Source: an uncultured Alphaproteobacteria bacterium
Lineage (GTDB): Bacteria > Pseudomonadota > Alphaproteobacteria > Methylaequorales > Methylaequoraceae
Assembly: GCA_902522465.1 (NCBI GenBank)
Contig: CABYVV010000002.1
Coordinates: 65,764-129,763, forward strand
Direction of reading: 5' to 3'
DNA length: 64,000 nt
Shown in pieces: positions 51,425 through 60,516 of the stretch; position 1 is the stretch's first letter; each line of letters opens with the position of its first letter. The translations under genes were made by a program, and so were the position numbers. The notes below the pieces were generated by a model, which had not been told where the DNA came from, made no database searches, and worked only from the letters and a program-made list of their open reading frames with translations.

Positions 51425-52399
51425 TTAAACCACTCTATCTCTAGGTTCTTTTCCATCAAAAAATGATGATATATTTGAGAACACTCTCATTCCCATTGCT
51501 TCTCTTGTTTCTTCAGTGGCACTTCCAAGATGGGGTAAAAGAAATACATTCTTTAATTCTAGCAATCTTGAATTTACTTTGGGTTCCTCTTCATAAACAT
51601 CGAGACCAGCTCCATTTATTAACTTCTTTTCTAATGCTGTGACTAAATCATCTTCAACAACGATATCACCTCTTGCAGTATTGATAAGATAACTAGTTTT
51701 TTTCATTTTCGAAATTTTCTCTAGATTGATTAAACCTTTCGTTTCTTTTGTTGAAGGACAATGCAAAGAAACAAAATCTGAATCCTTCAATAAATCATCA
51801 ATACTACTGCATGCTTGTGCGTTAAATTTTTCGGCTATTTCATAATTTTTAAAATATGGATCGTAATAAACGATTCTCATATTAAAACCAAAATGAGCTT
51901 TATGAGCAACAGCCTGTGCAATTCTTCCCATACCTATCAAACCTAAAACTTTATCAGTTATTTTTGTGCCCATCATGTGAGTTGGCCTCCATCCTGTCCA
52001 TTCTTTTTTTCTGACGTGAAACTCTCCCTCGGAGGCTCTTCTGCCTGCTCCTAGTATTAATAGCATTGCAATGTCTGCAGTACAGTCCGTTAAGACCTCG
52101 GGTGTGTTTGTTACAACAACGCCGTTTTTTTTTGCTGATTCTATATCAATGTTGTTAAATCCAACACCAAAGTTTCCGATAATTTTTGAACGTCTATTTT
52201 TAGAAGAAATAATCTCATCATTAATTGTATCGGTAACTGTAGGAAGCAAAGCATCATAGTTATCTATTGCTTCAATCAACTCGGCTTTAGATAAAGGATT
52301 GTCATTTTCATTTAATGTGACATCAAAAGTGTCCTTCAACTTATTTTCTACTGAACTAGGCCACTTCCTTGTCACTAATACTTTGAACTTTTGAGTCAT
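51425..52399 (-). CDS. D-2-hydroxyacid dehydrogenase (glyoxylate/hydroxypyruvate reductase)
   Basis: 324 aa. It has the NAD-binding 'LGLIGMGRIAQAVAHKA', 'LINTARGDIVVEDDL', 'GAGLDVYEEEP' and 'LLPHLGSAT'. It lies between the aminotransferase and glycerate kinase genes. Confidence 0.9.
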   Translation of the reverse strand: MTQKFKVLVTRKWPSSVENKLKDTFDVTLNENDNPLSKAELIEAIDNYDALLPTVTDTINDEIISSKNRRSKIIGNFGVGFNNIDIESAKKNGVVVTNTPEVLTDCTADIAMLLILGAGRRASEGEFHVRKKEWTGWRPTHMMGTKITDKVLGLIGMGRIAQAVAHKAHFGFNMRIVYYDPYFKNYEIAEKFNAQACSSIDDLLKDSDFVSLHCPSTKETKGLINLEKISKMKKTSYLINTARGDIVVEDDLVTALEKKLINGAGLDVYEEEPKVNSRLLELKNVFLLPHLGSATEETREAMGMRVFSNISSFFDGKEPRDRVV

Positions 52400-53582
52400 T
52401 TTCTAGGGCCTTTCTCCAATATTCAGAAGCAGCAGCAACACCACTTCCAGGTTTTACATTAATACCTGAATCAATCATTGCCATTTCAGCTCCATTAATA
52501 AAGGCTGAAGCTTGAAGTTCATTTAAATCACCTAGATGGCCTATTCTAAATACCTTTCCAGCAACTTCGGTTAGTCCAGCACCAAGTGAAAGATGATATT
52601 TATTAAAGGCGGTTGAAAGCACTTTTTTTGCATCTTTATCTTCAGGTACAACTATTGCTGATACTGTGTCTGAGTACCAATATGGATCTTTAGCACATAA
52701 TTTTAGTTCCCAGCCCTCTATAACTGCTTTTCTGACTCCTTCAGCAATTCTGTGATGTCTTTTGAAAACATTTTCTAGCCCTTCTTCAAAAATCATGTTA
52801 CAGGACTCTTGCAATGCTCTTAACATTGGAATTTGAGGCGTGTAAGGAAAATAACCATCTTTGTTTGTAGCAATTTGATCTTCCCATGAATAATAACATC
52901 TTTTTAGCTGAGCTTTTTTATGTGCTTCGAGAGCTTTTTGACTTACGCACATAATTGCCATACCAGAAGGTAACATGAAACCTTTTTGTGAGCCTGAAAT
53001 AGCACAATCAACACCCCACTCATCCATTCTAAAGTCAATGGAAGCTATGGAGCTTACGCCGTCAACAAATAGAAGCGCTGGATGATTAGCAGCGTCCATA
53101 GCCTTTCTTATATCTTCAACGTGAGAAGTTACACCAGTCGCAGTTTCGTTTTGTGTAACACAAACAACTTTGATTTTATGTTCAGTGTCATTTTTAAGAG
53201 TTTTTTCAACTTCTTCGGGAGGGGTACCTGTTCCCCATTCTCTTTCTACCATTTGAGTGTCTAAACCCAGTCTTTTGAACATATCGGCCCACAAATGACT
53301 AAACTGTCCATACCGATAAATTAAAACTTTTTCATCTGGGGACATTGTATTTATTATTGCAGACTCCCAAGCACCTGTCCCTGATCCTGGAAATAAAAAT
53401 ACTGTGCCAGATTCGGATTTAAAAACTTTTTTTACATCTTTGTACAAAGGTATTGTTAAATTTGGAATCTCTGGGTTTCTTTGATCCTCTGATGAAATGT
53501 GCATAGCATTTAATATTCTTTCAGGTATATTAGTTGGACCTGGAATTGCTATATGAAATCTACCTGGGTGCGTTCTTGACAT
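52356..53582 (-). CDS. sgaA: Serine--glyoxylate / alanine--glyoxylate aminotransferase (class V, AGXT family)
   Basis: 408 aa. 'GPTNIPERILNAM', 'FPGSGTGAWESA', the 'ISGSQKGFMLPSG' PLP-Lys motif and 'FRIGHLG' are present. The 3-prime end overlaps the downstream dehydrogenase start by 44 nt. Confidence 0.9.
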   Translation of the reverse strand: MSRTHPGRFHIAIPGPTNIPERILNAMHISSEDQRNPEIPNLTIPLYKDVKKVFKSESGTVFLFPGSGTGAWESAIINTMSPDEKVLIYRYGQFSHLWADMFKRLGLDTQMVEREWGTGTPPEEVEKTLKNDTEHKIKVVCVTQNETATGVTSHVEDIRKAMDAANHPALLFVDGVSSIASIDFRMDEWGVDCAISGSQKGFMLPSGMAIMCVSQKALEAHKKAQLKRCYYSWEDQIATNKDGYFPYTPQIPMLRALQESCNMIFEEGLENVFKRHHRIAEGVRKAVIEGWELKLCAKDPYWYSDTVSAIVVPEDKDAKKVLSTAFNKYHLSLGAGLTEVAGKVFRIGHLGDLNELQASAFINGAEMAMIDSGINVKPGSGVAAASEYWRKALENDSKVQSISDKEVA

Positions 53583-53654
53583 TATAACCTCCTAATTTGT
53601 ATGACATATCTTTTTTTAATCTTATAATTTTCAAAAATCAAGTTCATTATGATT

Positions 53655-54659
53655 TTATTGATTCAACCACTCCGCAACCTGATTTGAAAAGTATGAAAAA
53701 ATTATGTCTGCACCTGATCTCTTAATACAACTCAGGCTCTCCAAAACACAATCCTTTAAATTTATAAGATCATTATCAGCAGCATTTTTTATTAAATAGT
53801 ACTCACCGCTCACTTGAAAAGCTGCTATGGGGATTAAGCATCTCTCTCTTAAATCTCTGATAATGTCTAAATAATAACCGGCTGGTTTAACCATAATAAT
53901 ATCTGCTCCTTCAGAAATATCTTCCAAGGATTCTTTAATTGCTTCTCTTCTATTTCTGAAGTCAATTTGATATGAATGTTTTTTTGATTGTCCAAGGTTT
54001 TTTTTGCTTCCCAATATATCTCTAAAAGGAGAATAAAAATTAGAACAAAATTTTGAGCTGTAAGAAAGTATCAAAGTATTATGTAAACCTTTTGTTTCTA
54101 AATTTTCTCTTATGAGTTTTATTCTTCCATCCATCATGTCGCTAGGAGCTACTATGCTACAACCAGCTTCAGCAAAATTCATCGCCATTTTTGATAAAAC
54201 ATCAAGAGTAGAGTCATTTTTTATTTTTCCGTCTGAATCAATTATTCCATCATGGCCACTTAATGTATAGGAATCTAGTGCAATATCACAAATTGTAGTG
54301 ATACCTGGGAACTCTCTATTTATGGATTTTATTGCCCTACAAATAAGATTTTTCTTGTTAAAACTTTCTTCAGCCTTATCTGATTTTTTTTCATCTAAAA
54401 CTACTGGAAACAAAGCTATTGTTTTTACTCCATATTTTACTGAATATTCCAATTTCTTTAAAAGCTCAGTTATTGTATGACGCCTTAGACCAAGTGGTTT
54501 GGAAACTTGTGGATGATCCTTTTCTTCTCTAACAAAATATGGCATCACAAGATCACTGGCTTTAAGGTCGGTTTCAGAAACCATATCTCTTATATTATCT
54601 CTTGTTCGCAATCTTCTTCCTCTGTGATAAGGAAAGCCTCTGCTGATAAAATTTTTCAT
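53655..54659 (-). CDS. hemB: Porphobilinogen synthase (ALA dehydratase), Asp-rich (zinc-independent type) metal site
   Basis: 334 aa. 'RRLR...IRDMVSET', 'DIALDSYTLSGHDGI' (Asp in place of the Cys-rich zinc site), 'VAPSDMMDGR', 'YSSKFCSNFYSPFRD' and 'IMVKPA' are HemB motifs. Confidence 0.95.
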   Translation of the reverse strand: MKNFISRGFPYHRGRRLRTRDNIRDMVSETDLKASDLVMPYFVREEKDHPQVSKPLGLRRHTITELLKKLEYSVKYGVKTIALFPVVLDEKKSDKAEESFNKKNLICRAIKSINREFPGITTICDIALDSYTLSGHDGIIDSDGKIKNDSTLDVLSKMAMNFAEAGCSIVAPSDMMDGRIKLIRENLETKGLHNTLILSYSSKFCSNFYSPFRDILGSKKNLGQSKKHSYQIDFRNRREAIKESLEDISEGADIIMVKPAGYYLDIIRDLRERCLIPIAAFQVSGEYYLIKNAADNDLINLKDCVLESLSCIKRSGADIIFSYFSNQVAEWLNQ

Positions 54660-55937
54660 TTAGATTTTATTAAGTGCTTGCTCCAAATCTGCAATAATAT
54701 CATCAATATGCTCAATACCAATAGAAAGTCTTACATAACCAGGTGTAACCCCAGAAGAAATTTTTTCGTCGTCAGATAATTGAGAATGAGTTGTGGATGC
54801 AGGATGTATTGCTAATGATCTTGCATCTCCAATGTTAGCGACGTGGTATAGAAGCTTTAAATTGTCAATAAACTTTTTTCCAGCATTTTCACCATCTTTT
54901 AACTCAAATCCCAGTAAGGCACCTGAACCTCCAGACATGTAATTGTCACATCTATCTTTATGAACTCCTGACATTAATGAAGGATATATAACTTTTTGAA
55001 TTTTATTATGAGAGGTTAGATATTCTGCAACTTTCTCAGCATTTTCACAATGTCTTTGCATCCTTAATGGTAACGTTTCAAGACCTTGAATAAAAGTGAA
55101 AGCATTGAAGGGGCTCATGGATGAACCATAGTCTCTGAGAAGAATCACTCTGGCTCTCAATATATAAGCAATCGGACCAAGAGGTTTAGCTGCTTGAGAC
55201 CAGACTGCTCCGTGATAACTTGGATCTGGGGAATTAAGCATTGGGAATCTATCTCCAGCTGATTCCCAATCAAAATTTCCTCCATCAACAATCAGACCAC
55301 CAATAGATAATCCATGCCCTCCAATATATTTGGTTGTGGAATAAACAACAATATTAGCCCCATGAGAAATTGGTTTGCAAATATAGGGTGCAGCTGTGTT
55401 ATCCATTATCAAAGGTACCTGATGTTTTTTCCCTATCTTAGAAACTTCATTGATTGGGAAAACATTTAATTTTGGATTAGGAAGAGTTTCTGCGTAGATA
55501 CATCTTGTTTTTTTATCAATTGCATTTTCAAATTGTTCAGGTTTTGTTGGATCTACAAATCTGCATTCTATTCCCATCTCTTTTAAGGTATTAGAAAAAA
55601 GATTCCATGTTCCGCCGTATAAATCTGTTGAACTTATAAAATTATCTCCAGAGTGACATATATTTTGTATCGAAAAAGCTGAAGCAGCCTGTCCTGAACT
55701 AACTGCCATTGCCGCTACTCCTCCGTCTAATTTTGCCATTCTTTCTTCAAGAACTGCGCATGTTGGATTCATAATTCTTGTATAAATATTACCAAGTTCC
55801 TGAAGAGAAAATAATTTTGATGCATGATCTGTATTATTAAATTGATATGATGTAGTTTGATAGATAGGTACAGCTACTGATGTTGTTGTTTCATCTCTTC
55901 TGTGTCCGGCATGTAATACAATAGTTTCTTCTTTCAT
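54660..55937 (-). CDS. metY: O-acetylhomoserine sulfhydrylase (aminocarboxypropyltransferase)
   Basis: 425 aa. 'TSVAVPIYQTTSYQF', 'YTRIMNPT', the 'STTKYIGGHG' PLP-Lys motif and 'LSIGIEHIDDIIADLEQAL' are MetY/Cys-Met PLP family motifs. Confidence 0.93.
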   Translation of the reverse strand: MKEETIVLHAGHRRDETTTSVAVPIYQTTSYQFNNTDHASKLFSLQELGNIYTRIMNPTCAVLEERMAKLDGGVAAMAVSSGQAASAFSIQNICHSGDNFISSTDLYGGTWNLFSNTLKEMGIECRFVDPTKPEQFENAIDKKTRCIYAETLPNPKLNVFPINEVSKIGKKHQVPLIMDNTAAPYICKPISHGANIVVYSTTKYIGGHGLSIGGLIVDGGNFDWESAGDRFPMLNSPDPSYHGAVWSQAAKPLGPIAYILRARVILLRDYGSSMSPFNAFTFIQGLETLPLRMQRHCENAEKVAEYLTSHNKIQKVIYPSLMSGVHKDRCDNYMSGGSGALLGFELKDGENAGKKFIDNLKLLYHVANIGDARSLAIHPASTTHSQLSDDEKISSGVTPGYVRLSIGIEHIDDIIADLEQALNKI

Positions 55938-55975
55938 AGATCTTCTCTGATTTGTTTAATATAATATAGTAAACT

Positions 55976-57139
55976 GTGAAGAAAATAATATCAAAAAAAA
56001 AAATACATTCTAGAAAGTTTGAAAATTTTGATCATAGTCTCTCGAACCAACGAGATAACCATGGATTTATTAAATATAAAGGAAAAAAACTTTTCAATCT
56101 AGCTAGTAATGATTATTTAGGGTTATCTACAGATAAACAAGTAGCAAATGAATCAATTAAATGGCTAAATAAATATGGATCTAGTCTTTCATCATCTAGG
56201 CTGGTCACTGGAAATTTAGACAAAATCGGTGAAATTGAAAGATTGTTAAGTAATTTTACTAATCATGAAAAAACAATTATTGTTGGGAATGGTTTTTTAC
56301 TCAATTCAACTTTAATTCCTACATTGACTGGAAACTCACTTGGAAAAAGAAGTAAATTCTATATTTTTTCTGATAAATTAAACCATGCTAGTATTAATTA
56401 TGGTTGTTTATTTTCACGACAAAAATGTTTCAGGTATGAACACCTTGATTTAAATCATTTAGAATTTCTTTTAAAAAAAGTTCCTATTAATTCTCCTAAA
56501 ATAATAATATCTGAAACTTTATTTAGTATGGATGGCGATTTTGTGAATATAAATGGAATTAGAATGATAGCAAAAAAATATAATTGTATTCTCTATTTAG
56601 ATGAAGCGCATGCTTTGGGAGTTTATGGGAAAGTTGGTTTTGGTGTGGCAACTGATAACAAGAAAATTGAAAATGAAATTGTAATTGGAACATTTAGCAA
56701 AGCATTTGGAAGCTATGGTTCATTTGTTTCGTGTTCGAAAAAAATATACAAAGATATTATTAATAACTGTAGTGGTCTAATTTATTCTACAGCACTACCT
56801 CCATCGGTCCTTGGGTCAATATATGCTAGTGTTAAAAAAGTTCCAAAAAAAACAGATACAAGAAAAAGAATAAAAAAAAATTATAACTTAGTTTTAGAAT
56901 ATTTGAAGAAACTTTCATTCAACACAGGTGGATCGAATTCACATATTATTCCAATTATTTTTGAAAGCGATAATAAATTAAAAAAATTCAGCAATCTTTT
57001 CTTTGATAAAGGGTTTTATGTAAAAGAGATTAGATATCCGACTGTTCCTAAAAACAAAGAAAGAATAAGACTTTCAATTACGGCCAATATGAAAAAAAAT
57101 ATTCTTACCAATTTCCTAAGAACGATTAAGGAGTTTTAA
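55976..57139 (+). CDS. bioF: 8-amino-7-oxononanoate synthase
   Basis: 387 aa with a GTG start. 'NLASNDYLGLS', 'DKLNHASI', 'LYLDEAHALGVYG', 'GTFSKAFGSYG' and 'YPTVPKNKERIRLSI' are BioF motifs. Confidence 0.92.
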   Translation: MKKIISKKKIHSRKFENFDHSLSNQRDNHGFIKYKGKKLFNLASNDYLGLSTDKQVANESIKWLNKYGSSLSSSRLVTGNLDKIGEIERLLSNFTNHEKTIIVGNGFLLNSTLIPTLTGNSLGKRSKFYIFSDKLNHASINYGCLFSRQKCFRYEHLDLNHLEFLLKKVPINSPKIIISETLFSMDGDFVNINGIRMIAKKYNCILYLDEAHALGVYGKVGFGVATDNKKIENEIVIGTFSKAFGSYGSFVSCSKKIYKDIINNCSGLIYSTALPPSVLGSIYASVKKVPKKTDTRKRIKKNYNLVLEYLKKLSFNTGGSNSHIIPIIFESDNKLKKFSNLFFDKGFYVKEIRYPTVPKNKERIRLSITANMKKNILTNFLRTIKEF

Positions 57140-57144
57140 ATAAA

Positions 57145-57807
57145 ATGAAACTCGATTTTTATTTTGTTCACGGTTGGGGTTTTGATCAGTCGTTTTGGGA
57201 CCCTGTATGTAATAAAATTAAAGAAAGTGGAATGTCAGGAATTACAGAAACAATTGACCTAGGATTTTTTTCAAACAAAGTTGTAAATTTTGAATTTAAA
57301 GAAATTAATAAAAAAAGTATATTTATTGTGCATTCCTATGGCTTGAATTGGTTTTTAAAAAATAACATAAAATGTAACGCTGTTATAAATTTTTTCGGTG
57401 TACCAAGTTTTTTAAGATTTCAGCAAGATCCTCGTGTAGTAAAAAAAATAATGGATGGAATGGCACAAAAACTTACAACAAATCCGGCTATAGTGCTGAA
57501 AGACTTTTATAGGAAATGCAATATAAAATATGAAGTAAATAAAAAAATTCACGTTAAGAATTGTTTGATGTCATTAAAACAATTAAAAAACGAAGATCTT
57601 ACAAATAATTTTAATAATTTGAAATGTAAAGTATTTTCAATTTTTTCGTTTGGTGATAATGTTTTAAAGTTAAACAAAGAAAATTTGGATTCGATAAAAA
57701 ATAAGAATCATAATATTAGTTTTGTAGAAAATCTAGAACACGGATTTCCCAAAAACAATCCAGAATTGTGTTGTAAGATGATCAAAAAAATTCTAATGAG
57801 ACTTTAG
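57145..57807 (+). CDS. Alpha/beta-hydrolase, putative pimeloyl-[ACP] methyl ester esterase (BioH-like by position)
   Basis: 220 aa. 'YFVHGWGFDQSFW' resembles the BioH N-terminus. The nucleophile elbow reads 'VHSYG' instead of GxSxG. It sits between bioF and bioC. Confidence 0.6.
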   Translation: MKLDFYFVHGWGFDQSFWDPVCNKIKESGMSGITETIDLGFFSNKVVNFEFKEINKKSIFIVHSYGLNWFLKNNIKCNAVINFFGVPSFLRFQQDPRVVKKIMDGMAQKLTTNPAIVLKDFYRKCNIKYEVNKKIHVKNCLMSLKQLKNEDLTNNFNNLKCKVFSIFSFGDNVLKLNKENLDSIKNKNHNISFVENLEHGFPKNNPELCCKMIKKILMRL

Positions 57808-57808
57808 T

Positions 57809-58558
57809 ATGAGTGTTTTTAAGCAAAAAGTTGAATACTCCTTTGATAGAGGTAGTGTGAATTATGATTCTTACTCAAAACTTCAAAAAGATGTTTTAAA
57901 AGAGCTACTACACTTTTTTTCTCAGGAATTTAAAGATAACAAAATAGAAAAATCTTTACTTGAGTTAGGGTCTGGTACGGGAGAGAGTTTTAAGATGATA
58001 TCAAAGAAACTATCTTTAAAAAAAATTCACTTAATTGATATTTCAAAAAAAATGATTGATAAATCAAGAATTAAAATTCTAGACAAACGAGTGGGTTTTT
58101 ATCATAAAGACTTTGACACATTACAAAATTTTGGTGACTTTGATTTAATCTTTTCTAATATGTCAATACATTGGTCAAATGATTTATCAAAACTTTTAAA
58201 AAGAATCCTTAATACAATAAAAAAAAACTCTCATTTGATAGTTTCTTTTCCAAATTCTAAAAGTTTCAATGATATTGAAGAGTCTCAAAAAAAATATATA
58301 AATCATTTTCCTGAAATAGGGGATTTAATAAAAATATTTGATAACGACAAATTTTTTTTTAAGCTTAAAGAAAAAGTTCATAAACAAAGCTTCCGAAACT
58401 TTTTTCACTTTTTAAAAAACTTAAAACTGACAGGTGCAAATGTTAGTAATAATAAGATTTCGAACTCTAGAGGTATTTTTGAAATAAGAGATTATAAAAA
58501 GACAATAAATACTTCTTTTAATATTAGTTATCTATTTTTAAAAAAAATAAGAGATTAA
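57809..58558 (+). CDS. bioC: Malonyl-[ACP] O-methyltransferase
   Basis: 249 aa. 'FDRGSVNYDSYSKLQ', the SAM motif 'LLELGSGTGE' and 'DLIFSNMSIHW' fit BioC. It lies within the bio operon. Confidence 0.85.
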   Translation: MSVFKQKVEYSFDRGSVNYDSYSKLQKDVLKELLHFFSQEFKDNKIEKSLLELGSGTGESFKMISKKLSLKKIHLIDISKKMIDKSRIKILDKRVGFYHKDFDTLQNFGDFDLIFSNMSIHWSNDLSKLLKRILNTIKKNSHLIVSFPNSKSFNDIEESQKKYINHFPEIGDLIKIFDNDKFFFKLKEKVHKQSFRNFFHFLKNLKLTGANVSNNKISNSRGIFEIRDYKKTINTSFNISYLFLKKIRD

Positions 58559-58560
58559 TT

Positions 58561-59196
58561 ATGGGGGGGTTTTTTATATCAGGAACAGATACAAATGTTG
58601 GGAAAACAATTGTTGCATCAATTATTGTAAATAAATTAGATGCAATCTATTACAAACCAATACAATGTGGAGTAGACAGAAAAGGTTGCAAAGATTCTGA
58701 TATTATAAAAAAAAATTGTAAACAACATACTGTTTGGAACGAAACATATTTTTTTAAAAATCCCTTAAGCCCAAATATTGCTGCAATTAAAGAAGGAAAA
58801 GAGGTTAAAATGAATAAATTCAAAAAAATAGGAGATAAAAATATAAAAAAACAAATTATAATTGAGGGTGCTGGAGGGTTAAATGTTCCAATAAATGATA
58901 AAAAACTAGTAGTTGATTTGGTGAATTTTTTTAACTTACCACTCATTTTGGTTTGTAGAACAGGACTTGGAACTATAAATCACACTTTGCTGTCGATTGG
59001 CTTATTGAAGAGTAAAAAAGTTAAACTTCATGGATTGATTTTTGTTGGAAAGAGAATTAAAGAAACTCAGGAGACTATTATAGATTTTGGCAAAAAAATT
59101 TATGGAAAAGAAATAAATATCTTAGGAAGAATTCCTAAAAAAAAAATAATTAATAAAAATGTTATCAATGAAATGAAAAAATATATAAATTTATGA
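58561..59196 (+). CDS. bioD: Dethiobiotin synthetase
   Basis: 211 aa. It has the P-loop 'FISGTDTNVGKT', 'YKPIQCG' and 'IIEGAGGLNVPI'. Confidence 0.92.
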   Translation: MGGFFISGTDTNVGKTIVASIIVNKLDAIYYKPIQCGVDRKGCKDSDIIKKNCKQHTVWNETYFFKNPLSPNIAAIKEGKEVKMNKFKKIGDKNIKKQIIIEGAGGLNVPINDKKLVVDLVNFFNLPLILVCRTGLGTINHTLLSIGLLKSKKVKLHGLIFVGKRIKETQETIIDFGKKIYGKEINILGRIPKKKIINKNVINEMKKYINL

Positions 59197-60491
59197 ATAA
59201 TGAAATTTTAAAAAAAGATAAATCATACCTTTGGCATCCTTTCACTCAATCAAAAACTTCTTATGATCCAATTGTAATTGAATCTGCAAAAGGAGAAAAA
59301 CTTTTTGATTCCAAAGGAAATGAATACATAGACTTGATTTCCTCATGGTGGATAAATACACATGGTCATTGTAGAGATGAGATGATTAATAGTGTATCTA
59401 ATCAATCTAAGAAACTTGAACAGGTTCTCTTCGCAGGTTTTACTCATAAACCTGCAGTTGATTTAGCACAAAAACTAGTTCACATTACTCCTAAAAATTT
59501 GAAGAGAGTGTTTTATTCTGATAATGGTTCAACTTCAGTAGAAATCGCAATGAAAGTAGCAGTTCAATACTGGTTTAACAAAGGAAAAAAAAAAACTAAA
59601 TTCGTTGCACTCAAGGGTGGTTATCATGGTGATACATTTGGTGCAATGTCAGTTGGAAGAACATCAGGATTTTATGAACCTTTTAATGACATGCTAAATG
59701 AATGCTTTTTTTTCTCTTTTCCTGAAATTTGGAAAGGAAATAATGAACTACAGAAAAATGAATTGAAAGCATTTGACGAAGTAAGAAAAATTATTAAAGA
59801 AGAAAAAGATCAAATTGCAGCAGTAATTTTAGAACCACTAGTTCAAGGAGCCGTTGGAATGAAAATTTGTAGAAAAGAATTTTTATCAGAAATTGTAAGA
59901 ATGTTTAAAGAATCAGGAATAATTGTAATTTTTGACGAAGTAATGACTGGTTTTGGAAGAACTGGTAAAATGTTTGCCTCAAACTTTATAAAAGAGCAGC
60001 CTGATATTATGTGTTTGGCAAAATCACTAACTGGTGGTTTTATTCCCTTAGCTGCAACAGTTTTTAGTGAACAAATTCATAGAGAATTTGTTGCAATGGA
60101 TTTTAAAAAAACTTTCCTTCATGGACATACTTTTTCAGCGAATCCAGTAGCTTGTTCTGCTGCATTAACATCTCTAAAATTATTTGATGAAGATAAAACT
60201 TTTAAGAAAATCAAGTTGATAAATAAAATCCATTTAGAATGTCTAAATGAGTTATCCAGAAATTCAAATATTTCAAAAGTTAGAATACTTGGAACCATTG
60301 CAGCATTCGATTACCAAAAGGTTTCCAATGTTTATGGATCATCAGAGAGTTTATTACTAAGACAAAAGTTCTTGGATAATGGTTTGTTGCTAAGACCAAT
60401 TGGGAATACAATTTATTTGATGCCACCATACTGCATACAAGAAAAAGTTTTAAAACAATCATATGAAAAATTAATAGAAATTTTGCAGTAA
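59193..60491 (+). CDS. bioA: Adenosylmethionine-8-amino-7-oxononanoate aminotransferase
   Basis: 432 aa. 'LWHPFTQ', 'DLISSWWINTHGH', 'FYSDNGSTSVEIAMK', 'IFDEVMTGFGRTGKMFA' and 'CLAKSLTGG' are BioA motifs. Confidence 0.95.
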   Translation: MNNEILKKDKSYLWHPFTQSKTSYDPIVIESAKGEKLFDSKGNEYIDLISSWWINTHGHCRDEMINSVSNQSKKLEQVLFAGFTHKPAVDLAQKLVHITPKNLKRVFYSDNGSTSVEIAMKVAVQYWFNKGKKKTKFVALKGGYHGDTFGAMSVGRTSGFYEPFNDMLNECFFFSFPEIWKGNNELQKNELKAFDEVRKIIKEEKDQIAAVILEPLVQGAVGMKICRKEFLSEIVRMFKESGIIVIFDEVMTGFGRTGKMFASNFIKEQPDIMCLAKSLTGGFIPLAATVFSEQIHREFVAMDFKKTFLHGHTFSANPVACSAALTSLKLFDEDKTFKKIKLINKIHLECLNELSRNSNISKVRILGTIAAFDYQKVSNVYGSSESLLLRQKFLDNGLLLRPIGNTIYLMPPYCIQEKVLKQSYEKLIEILQ

Positions 60492-60516
60492 TTATTTTTT
60501 CGTTTAAACTTGAATC

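Noticed and set aside
55938-55975. An expected SAM-responsive riboswitch (SAM-V/metY-type, known from Pelagibacter) upstream of metY.
   Set aside because: Only 38 bp separate the divergent metY and bioF starts. The bioF N-terminus length agrees with E. coli BioF, so there is no room for a roughly 50-60-nt pseudoknot riboswitch. I could not see the conserved elements.
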